Shown: piece by piece, positions 38,722 to 51,688 of the stretch
Position numbering within the stretch: position 1 is the first letter of the stretch
How the letters are laid out: the number at the start of each line of letters is the position of its first letter
Assembly (NCBI GenBank): GCA_951406725.2
Contig: OX597816.1
Coordinates: forward strand, 175,212,001 to 175,276,000
Origin: Octopus vulgaris
Taxonomy: Eukaryota
Reading direction: 5' to 3'
DNA length: 64,000 nt
The notes under the pieces: generated by a model
Seen by the model: only the letters and a program-made list of their open reading frames with translations
The model's database searches: none
What the model was told of the DNA's origin: nothing
Position numbers and translations under genes: made by a program

Positions 38722-39375
38722 CTATAAAACAATATAAGTAATAACAAACATTTAATTTTTATAAAGTAGCTATATCTTACTGACTTAAAAATTTCAGTCT
38801 CAAGGACTTCCACTATGGCACACACACACACACAGTTCTATATGAATTATGTTATTTCTTGCTGTGCACAAAATTACAGCTCAAATCCTGTGGAAATTAC
38901 CTTTTCCTATTCTATCGTTCCTGTTTGTGATGAGCAAATTTCAAAACTTGATTTAAACTTACAAGGAAGATATCTCAGAAATCCTGTCCTTTACCTGTTG
39001 TTTCTAGCATGTCCAAGATAACATTATAGCTTTGAAAAAATAACTGTTAAAACTGAACTGCACTCTTCAAAATTTGCACTAAGAATAAGCACAAGATAAA
39101 ATTACTATCTGCTTTTATAGCAAATTGATGCAGGTAATTTAGTCCATCCCCCTCCGACTTTTAGTACATGCAATTGAAAAAACCACATTATGGGATGACC
39201 CAGTATTTTAGAAATTAACTGAAGTTCATAGAAAGCATTTTCATTAGAAATTTGGTAACAAAGGAACCAACTAACGGTAGTATCTTGTCATGGAATCCTA
39301 AAGAACAACAATTCTTTTTTTTTTTTCTTTGAAACAGTCTTACAAAGTAAATTTTGAAAATTCTTAGTAACTTAC

Positions 39376-39412
39376 CGAATCATTTATTGGAATATTCTTT
39401 TGCAAGCTTTCT
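39376..39412 (-). CDS. Flavin-reductase-like gene, exon 8
   Basis: 37 nt, ttttcAG / GTaagt, ESLQKNIPINDS; bridges phase 2 to phase 0 exactly. Confidence 0.82.
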
Positions 39413-40547
39413 CTGAAAATTAAAAATAAAACCAAAATATATTTATTACCATAAATATACATGTCATACATAAGAGCATTGTGTTGCATTTAACTTCAAA
39501 ATATGATGAAGTTTACAGTAGTTTTACCTTTCATCTCCACCAACCTCTGCATTTGCAAGCGAGGAAAGGATTCACTACAAATTGCTAGAAATAGCAGTTG
39601 AACCACAAAGGATGACACATTAGGGTATGGAGTCTTAGATACAGTATGTCTGAATTAAAGGCAGGACTGTCAAGGTCGGAACATCTTTGATTGTACATGT
39701 ATTCAGTCACAACTCCTAGTTTTCGACACATCAAGGTTTGCTACCCTTCAGTTCGCATTGAATCTATAACATAGGCACTGTGGTCAAATGGTAAGAAGTT
39801 TACTTCACAACCACAAGGTCCTGGGTTCAAAACCCACCACATGGAATCTTGAGCAAATGTCATTTTCTATAACCTCAAGTTGAATCCATTACTTGTGAAT
39901 GAAACGGTGTAGGAACTGGAACTTTAAATGAGCTTGTCAGATAGATTGTACCAGTAACTCAGTGCCTTGTCACACCTTCTGCCATGTTGATTCTAGCTAA
40001 AAATTACATTAAGGGTCAACATATCTGTGAAAGGGTCAACCACCTAACACATTAATCCAATGAACAGATAATTGGATTCTCATCACTGAAAGTGATTAGA
40101 GAACCATCCATCCATCAAGGTGTACAATGTCCACGAAAGGCATGGAGCAAAAGTAAATAACCATTACAAAACACATCTGATTTGTGTAAGAAATACCTAT
40201 GAAGTTACGGAGGTTACCTGATGATAATGGGAAACAGGTGTTTGGTACAAAACATTCTGCACACTGGAAACGGAAGGTGGAGGTGGTGAGGCCAGATCTA
40301 ACAAGACCATTCATACACAAGCAACTTCCAAATTATGGAAAGATTGCTTTCCTGTAAATCTGGTTGTGACATGAAATTTATTTTTCATTGTTACATGGAC
40401 ATCAATGAGAAATACATTTTGTGGTTTAGAATTCCATGCTGTGACAAAATTTTCAAGAATTCAATACTTCCATAACATGCAGGATGCCAGTATTATAGAA
40501 GGAAAGGGGGGGCGACATTTGATTGATCATAATAAATTACAACCTAC

Positions 40548-40688
40548 CTTATACAATAAGCTGAATTCTGTATACCATGTTCTTTTACCTGAGACCATAT
40601 TAAATGAAGGTAATTAGTAAGTCGATCTGGAGCGATATGTGAAGGAGGAGCAGTTGCACTAATTGATGCACCAACTTTGTGATAAGCC
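40548..40688 (-). CDS. Flavin-reductase-like gene, exon 7
   Basis: AYHKVGASISATAPPSHIAPDRLTNYLHLIWSQVKEHGIQNSAYCIR; AG/GT in phase. Confidence 0.85.
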
Positions 40689-40914
40689 CTGGAAAAATAT
40701 ATTATTAGAATGTTTTGTTTTGTTTTTTCACAAGATATATTTTAATTTAAATGTAAGGAAAACAGAAAAGATAAAGGAATGAAATATTACATTTGTAAAG
40801 ATTTTAAAATATTGTTTATTAAAGAACAGCCTATAATTCAAGCTATACCAATACTGTGTTGCTTCATAACATGAGTACACAGTATTATAAAAAATAGGAT
40901 TGGTATCTTTCTCT

Positions 40915-41285
40915 CTCTTTCACTTGTTTCAGTCATTTGACTGCGGCCATGCTGGAGCACCGCCTTTAGTCGAGCGACTCGACCCCGGGACTTATTCTTT
41001 TTGTAAGCCCAGTACTTATTCTATTGATGACGGGGACATAGACACACCAGCATCGGTTGTCAAGCAATGCTAGGGGGACAAACACACACGCACACATATA
41101 TATATATATATACATATATACGACGGGCTTCTTTCAGTTTCCGTCTACCAAATCCACTCACAAGGCTTTGGTCGGCCCGAGGCTATAGCAGAAGACACTT
41201 GCCCAAGATGCCACGCAGTGGGATTGAACCCGGAACCATGAGGTTGGTTAGCAAGCTACTTACCACACAGCCACTCCTGCGCCTA
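40915..41285 (-). mobile_element. SINE family A
   Basis: Reverse-complement copy with head at ~41280. Confidence 0.88.
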
Positions 41286-41962
41286 TATATATATATACAT
41301 ACATACAAGCTTCTTTCACAAAGCTTTGAGTTTGGTTGGCCTGGGGCTGTAGTGGAAAGCATTAGCTCAAGATACCACACAGTAGGACTAAATCTCAAAC
41401 CATATGCTTAGGAAGCAAGCATCTTAACCACACAACATGCCTCTTCCTTGGGCTATGCCTGCATCTCAAGCCACACCTGTCCCTTAAACCATGCCTAGTG
41501 ACTTGAACTAAGACAAGATATTGCAGAATAACCATGGCACTATGTCAGTGTTGGGGTTGCAGTTGCACAGTGAAAATTTTGTCACTTCAAGAAAGGAATT
41601 TAACGGTCTTTGTGTTTATGACCCATTAGCATTCAAATTACTCTCTGAAATGTGATGCTTATTTATTCACAGTGTTTTGAATTAATCATGCAATATCTTG
41701 TAGCTTCAAGATTTTGATGAAGTAATTATGGTTTTATTTCTAGAATGACATCATAGAGTAGATGTGAGAGGATCTTGTTGGTTTCAAAATAAAACAGAAT
41801 ATTTTGGCCGGTTTAAATGCTAAAGAGTTAAACACTTAACGTTTAAGAACTTATTCTTAAGTAACTGATTGTAAACTAGAATTAATAGAAGTTTGGGATA
41901 CAAATGACACAATGAAACGAAAGCAAAATAGATGTGTTAGAAAATATGTAATGTTATGTTAC

Positions 41963-42108
41963 CTGTTGTAGTGCAGAACTGGGTTGTTATCTCCACTTTC
42001 CTCAAGTAATTCTGTAACCTGCCCATACCAAACACAACGGTCCTCAACATTGTGGATGCAGTTGACTTTGCACAACAAAGCAGGTGTTCCATTTAAGACA
42101 GGAAGACC
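41963..42108 (-). CDS. Flavin-reductase-like gene, exon 6
   Basis: GLPVLNGTPALLCKVNCIHNVEDRCVWYGQV...PVLHYNR matches the C-terminal half of the Flavin_Reduct (HpaC/RutF-like) domain. Confidence 0.9.
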
Positions 42109-42614
42109 CTGGAAATATAGATATTAACCACCATGTGGGGCGTCTATATTGTTTGATTTACCAGAAATAGTAGTCAAACCTTCCTTGAGTCACATCCTAT
42201 CATTTTACATAAATATTACAGATACATTGGACAGTGTAGTCACTGATATAAAAAAAAAATAACTGGTTGGTCATGGGTGGAATGTCAAATGTCTTTGATC
42301 ACAGGTCAGCTCTGACAGAACAACCTGATGATCAGCTAAATAATAACCAACAAAAAGGAAGCTTTTACATGGCTATTTAACATGGTAGAAATAGCAGCTA
42401 AATATCCCCAAAATTAGAACCTTTACTGTGTTAAAAAAGGGAAAGGATAGATTTCATTTCTTGAAGTTCATTTTATCTTTTTCATCTTTTAGTTGTTTCA
42501 GTTAAGGGATTGTGGCCATGCTGGGGCACACTTGAAGGGTCTTAGCCAAACAAATTAATCCTAGTATTTATTCTATTATTCTCTTCTACTGAACCACTAA
42601 GATACAGAGATATA

Positions 42615-43010
42615 AGAGTGGCTGTCTGGTAAGTAGCTTGCTTACGAACCACATGGTTCCGGGTTCAGTCCCACTGCATGGCACCTTGGACAAGTGTCTT
42701 CTACTGTAGCCTCGGGTGGACCAAAGCCTTGTGAGTGGATTTGGTAGACGGAAACTGAAAGAAGTCCGTCGTATATATGTATATATATATATTTATGTTT
42801 GTGTGTCTGTGTTTGTCCCCCCAACATCGTTTGACAACCGATACTGGTGTGTTTACGTCCCTGTAACTTAGCAGTTCGGCAAAAGAGACCAATAGAATAA
42901 GTACTGGGCTCACAAAGAATAAGTCCTGGGGTTGATTTGCTCAACTAAAGGCGGTGCTCCAACATGGCCACAGTCAAATGACTGAAACAAGTAAAAGAGT
43001 AACGAGAGAG
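42615..43010 (+). mobile_element. SINE family A followed by compound (CA)n microsatellite (to ~43170)
   Basis: Full head-to-tail match to other copies. Confidence 0.88.
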
Positions 43011-43964
43011 TAAATAGGATGTGGCAATGGAATAAACACCCACACATGCACTCACACACACACACACACACATGCACTCACACACACACACACATGCACT
43101 CACACACACACACACACACACATGCACTCACACACACACACACACATGCACTCACACACACACACACAGATATACACAACAAGCTTCCACACAGTTTCTG
43201 CAGTCAGGGAAGTCATGGCAGAAATGCCTTTTATCTTGGTTCTGCTCAATCAGGGTTGACTTTGAGCTAAACAACAAACATGCCTTATTTCATTTCTTAT
43301 CAAATCAAGGCTTATAAATGATGAGACAGGTCACAGGTCACGATATCGTGACAGCCTTTCTACAACAGAAAATAAAGAAATGGGCAATCGCTGCTCCTTC
43401 CCTTGAGGACTCCCACTGGAAAGGATGCCCATTTCATCACAAAGTTGATCTAGTTGCTGTTGTTGGTCCTTATGGCTGGAGCAAACATGAAATAAAGCAC
43501 CTTTCTCAAGAACGCAAAACACTGCCAAACCGCAATCAGGAGCCAAACACCTTGATCCTTAGGTCATGTGCTTTCACTAAATTCCCTAATGCACTGAAAT
43601 ATAAATACATTTTGACATATCTTCGTTAACTGATCAGGCAGCCTTCAGTAGGTTATATGTTGATGAAGTCTAATAGACTGAAACATGTCCAGAGTTGTCT
43701 CTTAGCTGCAAACAAAGATCAGAGTTCTTTATACTTATAATTTCACTTCATGAAATTCATTTGATCTTTTTTATTGTTTAGTTGTTTCACTTATTGAACT
43801 GTGGTCATGCTGAGGCACACCTTGAGGGGTTTTAGTCAAAAAGCAACCTCAGTATTTATTCCGTCAGTCTCTTTTGCTGAACCACTAACATTCAGGGATG
43901 TAAACAAACCAACCTCAATTGTCTGGTAGTAGCAGAGAAATAAACACTTACGCACACACACACA

Positions 43965-44165
43965 ATGTGACCGCGTGTGTACCGTTGGCGATTTTTTCCC
44001 TCTGTCTTCCCTTCTCTGGATCTTTCCTTCTCCTATGTTTCCGACGAAGAGCTCTGCTCGAAACGTTAAACCCTCCTTCTTTCCTTCTTTTCTGAGCGTC
44101 CAATAATACTATATTTGTTCCACGTCCTCACGTTTTTTTTGTGCTTTCATGTTTGGATTAACTAT
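43965..44165 (+). mobile_element. ~200 bp non-autonomous element carrying a hammerhead-like motif, ending in (TA)n
   Basis: Second copy, inverted, at 53725-53926 with the same boundaries. Confidence 0.75.
44037..44071 (+). ncRNA. Minimal type I hammerhead-ribozyme-like motif
   Basis: GTTT-CCGACGAA-GAGC(tct)GCTC-GAAAC-GTT-AAAC: stem I GTTT/AAAC, stem II GAGC/GCTC, palindromic stem III AACGTT. Confidence 0.65.
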
Positions 44166-45782
44166 ATATATATATATATATACACACGAGGAGCTTCCAC
44201 GCAGTTACTGTCTCCCAAATTCATTCCCCAGGCACTGGTCAGTGCAGGTCTATCGTACAAGACACTTGCCCAGTGGGGATGAACCTACAAGCATGTGATT
44301 GCTAAGAAAGCTTCTTAACCACAGAGCCATTCCCAGAAATGATCTCCTTTCTTTCTTTCAGATTTACAAACAAATGCCATTAGTTTTTTTTTTTGTTTTT
44401 TTGTTTTTTTCTCTTTGCTTTCTCCAGCTGAAAAGAAATTTCAATTAAAGATCAAAAGAAAATGGCTCATATTCTGCATACTATATGTAATGTTAAGTCT
44501 GAGTGAGGCTCATGATTGTTACATAGTGATTGTGATTATAAGACCAGAAGATGTCTTGCTGCTTTGAGAAAGGCCCTTCATTTTACATTGCTCCAGTCCA
44601 CCCAGCTGAAAACGGGTACCAGTGGCAGCCAGAGATTAATTCTGTGGTGGGTGAGATTAATCCCATTCAGATGAGAGCCTTGTAGCCTAATTGTTCTCAC
44701 CTTATTGGCCTGGGCATAGCCAGTGTAGTATGTTTCAAAAACTTAATTAGAAATAATTAAGGCAACATTTATTCAATGACCAATATTGTTTTAATTATTT
44801 AATCAGGTATGGGAGAGAATCCTAGACATGTTTCAGTCTCATTAGACCATCTCAGCAAAACATACATTTCAGTGTTCTTGCCAAAGTAGTGATGAGAGAA
44901 TCCTAGGTAAATGTACAATATTGGACATGAATAAGTATGAGAAATTAGCATATTTTATATAATTGCTAATCTCTCCTATTTCAGTAAGTACAGTGAGGTC
45001 TATGCTTTCCTGAGGAGATCCAATAAGACCAAAACATGTCTGAAATGATCAAAACAACATTAGTCATTGAGCCAATGTTGTCTTTTCTTTATTCTTTTAC
45101 TTGTTTCAGTCATTGGACTGTGGCCATGCTGGGGCACCACCTTGAAGAATTTTTAGTCAAACAAACTGACCCCAGTGCTTACTGGTTTTTTAAACCTGGT
45201 ACTTATTCCATCAGTCTCTTTTGCTGAACTGATAGGTGATGGGGACATAACAAACCAACAACCGTCATCAGGCAGTGGTGGGAGACAAACACAGACAGGA
45301 CCACAAATATATATATATATATGTGGTGTTAGGAAAGGCATCCAGCTGTAGAAACATTACCATATCAGACTGAGCCTGGTGCAGCCTTCTGGCTCACCAG
45401 TCCTCAGTCAAACCATCCAGCATGGAAATCGGACGTTAAACGATGATGACGATATATATGTGATGGGCTTCTTTCAGTTCCCATCTACCAAATCCACTCA
45501 CAAGGTTTTGGTCAGCCTGAAGCTAGAGTAGAAGACACCTGCCCAAGGTGTGCCACACAATGATACTAAACACAGAACCATGTGGTCGAGAAGCAAGCCA
45601 TGCCAGTGCCTATGTACTGCATAATTATTTTCAATTAGCTTTTCGATGATCACAACACCAAACATATTAACACTGATTTAACTATTGCTTTTTCTTACAA
45701 TGGCGCCACTGAGTAGTTAACCCTACTGCTTGACAAAACACTTCAAAAACAAATATATATATATATATATAGTGATAGTTAC

Positions 45783-45866
45783 TTCTTTAGTGAGATAGTG
45801 TGACACGCCTGAAAACTGATCTTCATCTTGTTGTGGTGGAGTGGAAAAAATATCTGCACATTTCAC
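45783..45866 (-). CDS. Flavin-reductase-like gene, exon 5
   Basis: 84 nt, VKCADIFSTPPQQDEDQFSGVSHYLTKE; ttacAG / GTaact. Confidence 0.87.
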
Positions 45867-46625
45867 CTGTAAAAGAAATTAAGATATACCATAGTCATTT
45901 GTATACAATATGCACTTTTAAATAATGTTAAAATCCTGGAAAATATATCTGTGTATAATATGCACTGAGCAAAATGATTGTTAAGTCAGATTTATTATAA
46001 TTGCTGTATAAAATACATTAGAAAACAAAAAAAAACTCAAATTTGATGGTAATGTTTTTTTTGTATGTAAATGGTTTTCCTTGGACACAAGTGGACAGCG
46101 TTCATAAATTCAGTAGTTCATATTTTGCCATACTAGCCTGGGGTGAACAAAGGAAAAAGCTAAGGTTGTATTTTACAGCCAGATACTCTTCCTGTTGCCA
46201 ATCCTTACATGTTTTTCAAGGAAAAGATTTTATATTTCACAGGACTTTGAAAATGTCTTGATCAGTCACGATGTCAACAAGGACTGTAAACTTCATTCAC
46301 CATGTCACTCATTCAACCAAAACCATGAGACATCAACAGTCACACATTTGCACGTGCACACACAACATAGAGCAAGCTTCGTTTCAAGGGTGACTTGAGC
46401 ACATAGCACTGATGAAGTGAAATATCAATATCCATCATTCTTCATCTATTTCACTTACTTTTGAGGAATGCAGGGTTTTTTTAACACACTTATACCTTAT
46501 AGGGATTTTCCCTGGACAAAATACTGCAGCCAAAAGGATTTAAACAAAATACATACATTAAGTATGTGCTATCAATAATCTTTATATCATTAATGTGCGT
46601 GTGTGAGTTTGTGCATTTTATATAT

Positions 46626-47635
46626 ACAGGGGTTGGGCAAAATAATGGAAATACCTAGCATCCTAATTTTGAAATATCTATAAAACCATCAAAAGCCTGT
46701 TTATTTTTGGGTTTTTTTTAAATTTATTATTAGTGTTGCTTAATATGTTTTGCTAAAATTGCCGTTTCTTTTCAGATATCATCAGAAAAAGGTAATTAAA
46801 ATTCATTAAAATGACAGATCTATCGGATTTTCAAAGAGGTCAAATTGCTGGTGCCTGTATGGCAGGTGCTAGCGTAATGAAAACAACCGAAATGTTTGGT
46901 GTATCAAGAAGTACTGTCTCGACAGTAATGACAGCCCTTGAGAAAGAGGGGAAAACCTCCTTGTCGAAACAAAACTCTAGAAGAAAACCAAAACTTTCAG
47001 ATAGGGACCGTTGGACTCATACACAAATTGTTAAAAAGGATCACAAAAGTACAGCCCCCAAAATTACTACAGAGCTTAATGACCACCTCGAGAACCCAGT
47101 TTTCACAAAAACTGTTCACCAGGAGCTGGATTTCATGGGAGGGCTGCAATCAGAAAACCACTACTTTCAAAAACAAACGTTGCCAAGCGTTTAGAGTGGT
47201 GTAAAAACCTACAGAATTGGTCCCTAGAGCAGTGGAAGAATGTTATTTTCTTGGACGAGTCATCCTTTACCTTATTTTCGACCAACAGCCAAGTATACAT
47301 GTGGAGACAGCCAAAAGAAGCATTTGACCCAGGCTGCCTTCCTCCAACTGTTAAACATGGAGAAGGATCTGTGATGATCTGGGGGAATATATCTTAGAAA
47401 TCCGCCGGCCCAATGTTTCCCTTCATGGCAGAATTACTAGTGAAGACTATTTAAGCATTTTATCTGATCAAATTCATCCAACAGTTGCGGAACTGTTTCA
47501 GGAGGGAAACGCAATTTTTCAGGATGATAATGCACCAATTCACACAGCTAAAGTTGTTACTCAATGGCATGGCATGAGGAACATTCTAGAGAAGTTGAAC
47601 AGCTTATCTGACCAACACAGTCCCCAGATCTCACA
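46626..47635 (+). mobile_element. Tc1-like transposon, 3'-truncated, frameshifted
   Basis: TA|CAGGGGTTGGGCAAAATAATGGAAA end; MTDLSDFQRGQIAGA HTH region, then WKNVIFLDES, TVKHG, FQDDNAPIH, PQSPDL motifs. Confidence 0.9.
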
Positions 47636-48394
47636 CCCTATCTATAGTAACATAATCTGACAATTATATTAGGAAGCACAATCGAAATATTGTCAATCCT
47701 GAGTACTTTTGGTTTGCTGTCAATAAATCACTGATGTGGAAGAATGGTCACATCAGAAAAGCTATCCAATAATAACTTGAAAGAATTTGAATGGTGAATC
47801 ATTTACCATCTTAAAAAATGCCTGCATCAGTTGGTCTCCTTACTTATCCAATGCGCTAACAGACACATCAACTCTGCAAACACTTTTGATCCTTTTTTCT
47901 CAGCCTTTACTCAGTATAGGCAGAAGATGGACAACATCAGACAAGATGCTTGTGGTAATTTATAACAGTCCTTCAAATTCTGAGTTGAAATCTCACTGAG
48001 GTCATCTTTGACTTTCATCCTTTTGGAATCAATAAAATAAAGTACCAGCTGCATAGTGGGGTTAATTTAACAGTTTTAGTACAAACCCACCTGAGACAAC
48101 CCTTGGCTCTATGATACAAACTTCCTGTTTAAAGCGTTTTAAATATAAATGTTCCACCAAAATTTCTTTTTATGTTGCAAACACCAGCTTAATGACAACA
48201 GAATTATTTCAGTAAATTCTGCTTTATTTTCAAAATTAATTGCAACAGTGACAGTGTAATCTTGATAGCAATATGGTAACAAAAGAGTTAATATTCCTAC
48301 AAAGTCTTATAGATGAAGTTACTGCTCTCCAGACCTAAGGGGACTACGTGCCACTCATAAAGATTTTAAAGTCAGTAGATATCATTTCTCTAAC

Positions 48395-48458
48395 CTGATG
48401 TTCTCCTATAAAATTGACAGCAAATTGTTGACTTTGACGAAGAAGTTTTGATATTTGA
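48395..48458 (-). CDS. Flavin-reductase-like gene, exon 4
   Basis: (S)QISKLLRQSQQFAVNFIGEHQ, the FAVNxL motif of flavin reductases. Confidence 0.9.
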
Positions 48459-48549
48459 CTGAAATTAGAAGAAAAGTGTATCGTCAAAATTTCATTAGAA
48501 TAATATGAACACATATATTCATACACACACATGCAAATAACTCATACAC

Positions 48550-49165
48550 CATGATCACCGTGGCCGACCAGACCATCAGATGTTGCTACACATCACTGGT
48601 CACAATGCGGTTCATATTGTTTTAGCCTTCAAATGACGCCACCCCTCTGGCTAAGCGAGCAGGCCAACAGAAGAAAGAGTGAGAGAAAGTTGTGGCAAAA
48701 GAGTACAGCAGGGATTGCCACCACCCTCTGCTGGAGCCTCATGGTGAAGGCACATGGCCTAGTGGTTAGAGCAGCAGACTCGCAGTCAAGGGATTGTGGG
48801 TTCGAATCTCAGACCAGGCAATGTGTGTGTTTATGAGCAAAACACCTAAGCTCCACGCGGCTCCAGCAGAAGGTAATGGTGAACTTCTGCTGACTCTTTC
48901 GCCACAACTTTCTCTCACTCTTTCCTCCTGCATCTTGCAGCTCATCTGCGATGGACTGGCGTCCCGTCCAGGTGGGGAACCTATACGCCAAGGAAACCAG
49001 GAAACCGGCCCTTATGAGCCAGACATGGCTCAAGAAGGAAGGAGCCTCGTGGAGCTTTAAGTGCTTTCACTCAATAAACACTCACAACGCCCAGTCTGGG
49101 TATCGAAACCACGATCCTACAACCGCAAGTCCACTGCCCTAACCACTGGGCCATTGCGCCTCCAC
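48550..49165 (-). mobile_element. SINE family B with a second family-B-like SINE (48745-49040, +) nested inside
   Basis: Insert flanked by GGAGCCTC(A/G)TGG direct repeats at 48733-48744 and 49041-49052. Confidence 0.85.
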
Positions 49166-49559
49166 AACTCATATACACACATACAAATACACATACGTGC
49201 TTAGACACTACATAATACATTACTCAAACACACACACACATAGACACACGCAGAAACATGTGGCTTAGTGGTTAGGGTGTTGGGTGCATTATCATAAGGT
49301 TGTGGTTTCCAGTCCTGAACTGGGCAATAATGTGTTGGATTCACTTCATTTCACATTGTTCCAGTCTACTCAGCTGGAAAAATCCTACAACAGACTGGTT
49401 TCCCATCCAGGTAAGAATATATACACCTGAGAAACTGGCCCCATGCTCCTTACAGAGTAATGTGGACTACTTACCTATATATATATATATCTTTCTTTCC
49501 TTCCCTGAGCATCAGCTAACACTTTTTCTTGCATTTGTTCTTCGATTTTTGGGATTTAC

Positions 49560-49608
<49 letters not shown>

Positions 49609-49636
49609 GGTAAGAAAGATCTATATATATATATCA

Positions 49637-50000
49637 GTAGTTAGGACAGTGGACTCGCGGTCTTAGGATTGCGGTTTCGATTCCCAGACCGGGCATTGTT
49701 AGTGTTTATTGAACAAAAACACCTAAAGCTCGACAAGGCTCCGGCAGGATGGGGGGATGAACCCTGCTGTACTCTTTCACCCCAACTTTCTCTCACTCTT
49801 TTTTCCCATTTTTTGTTGTACCTATATTTCAAAGGAGCCAGCCTTGTCACACTCTGTGTCACGCTGAATATCCTCGAGAACTACATTAAGGGAGCACGTG
49901 TCTGTGGAATGCTCAGCCACTTGCACGTTAATTCCACGAGCAGGCTGTTCCGTTGATCGGATCAACTGGAACCCTCGTCATCATAATCGACAGAGTGCCA
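49637..50000 (+). mobile_element. SINE family B
   Basis: Reverse complement of 4675-5060. Confidence 0.85.
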
Positions 50001-50074
50001 TCAATGAGGGTAAGAAAGATATATATATGAGGGTAATAAATTAAAATAATTTATTACCAGTGGTTAGCATGGTT

Positions 50075-50302
50075 AGAATGTATAAAATATTTTTATACAC
50101 AAAGAGGAGACCATTGACAGGACTCCTTACATGCTAAAAAGGCCAGTTAAAACCCAAACCACAAAAAAGAGAATTCATGAGGCATGCCGTTATAACACTA
50201 GAATTATCTTTTTCATAGTTTGGGTTTTAACTGGCCTTTTTAGCATTTAAGGAGTCCTGTCAATGGTCTCCTCTTTGTGTATAAAAATATTATATACACT
50301 CT
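50075..50302. repeat. Hairpin, ~102 bp arms, 24 nt loop
   Basis: 50075-50176 is the reverse complement of 50201-50302 with few mismatches. Confidence 0.93.
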
Positions 50303-50349
50303 TATATTTTAAATATATATATATTTATTTATATATGTATGTATGAATG

Positions 50350-50399
<50 letters not shown>

Positions 50400-50403
<4 letters not shown>

Positions 50404-50579
50404 AATAATTATTTATTTATTCTTTTATATGAATATAAACTAAATGTTTATATATATATATATATATATATATAATTATTTATTTATTCTTTTATATGAA
50501 TATAAACTAAATGTTTATATATATATATATATATATATATAATTATTTATTTATTCTTTTATATGAATATAAACTAAAT

Positions 50580-50621
<42 letters not shown>

Positions 50622-50653
50622 TATTTATTCTTTTATATGAATATAAACTAAAT

Positions 50654-50686
<33 letters not shown>
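50400..50686. repeat. Four tandem units of an AT-rich ~45 bp core plus variable (TA)n
   Basis: ATTATTTATTTATTCTTTTATATGAATATAAACTAAATGTT(TA)n repeated four times. Confidence 0.9.
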
Positions 50687-50689
<3 letters not shown>

Positions 50690-50789
50690 ATTATATAAAG
50701 GAAATTAATTCCCCAAAAATACAAGGTACTGAACCAGTATTTCCTTGGATGAAACCATCCCTTCATGAGTTTAATAAAACTCTAATCGA

Positions 50790-50827
<38 letters not shown>

Positions 50828-50916
50828 CAAATTTACAGAAAGCAAAAGACAAAGTGAAGGAACATGAAGCAGGTGTATTAGTTTAACACTTGAGAAGAAT
50901 GGAAAAGTAGAAAAGA

Positions 50917-51369
50917 ACCATGTTTTCTGGTTAACAAAACGCATTGCTATTTAAGCCGAAGGGCCAAATTTTGGGGAAAATTTTGCTTTTATCCACACAT
51001 AAATCATACCAGTGTTTAAGGGATCTATAGAGCTACAGGTCCACAGCTAGCTTTTTTATTGTTGACGTGTATATAGTTTGAAAATGCTTCCGAGAAAGAG
51101 TTACACAGCTGCTTTCAAGTTAGAACGTATCAACTACGCAAAAGAAAATGATAACAGAGCCAGAGCCAGGCAGTGCAGCATAAATGAAACCATGGTCCAT
51201 TCATGGCACAAAGAAGAAGATTCATTACAACTGACCAAAAAGACCAAAAGAGCAAATCGTGGCAAGAAAGCTAGATGGTCAGTCCTAGAAAAATACACAC
51301 CTTTCTATAAGCCACACACTAAATTTTTCAGGTAAAAAATAGCATCTTATACACCAGAAAATACGGTAT
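50917..51369 (+). mobile_element. Internally deleted pogo/Tigger-like transposon
   Basis: ORF 51078-51335 RKSYTAAFKL...ARARQCSINETMVHSW (Brinker-type HTH of pogo transposases). End TACACCAGAAAATACGG|TA mirrors CCATGTTTTCTGGT at ~50918. Confidence 0.75.
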
Positions 51370-51558
51370 ATATACATATATACACTCACACACACACACA
51401 TTTTTCTATGTAAAATAGAAAATTGTAAAGGGTTAGTTAAAGGAAGAAAAGCATGAAGCCCCATGACTTTTTAGCAAGGCTTCCAAGACTGGTTGGGGAA
51501 AGAAAATGATGGGAGCACAAAAAAGATATGAAGAGAAAAAAGCAAGAAAGACACTTAC

Positions 51559-51688
51559 CTGTGTTTATGTAAACAGAATGAGACAATAGGAGGGTGAAGG
51601 GAAATACTGAGTAATGAACTACAGGTTAAACCTCTCTTAAACCAATGGTCAGCTTCTGGTTTGAACACTGCGGTAGTTATCAGGACAA
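51559..51688 (-). CDS. Flavin-reductase-like gene, exon 3
   Basis: VVLITTAVF...KRGLTCSSLLSISLHPPIVSFCL, the GxTxSSxxSxSxxPP FMN-binding signature. Confidence 0.93.

Noticed and set aside
43318-43629. 103 aa ORF
   Set aside because: No recognisable motifs or splice context; lies antisense within an intron among repeats.
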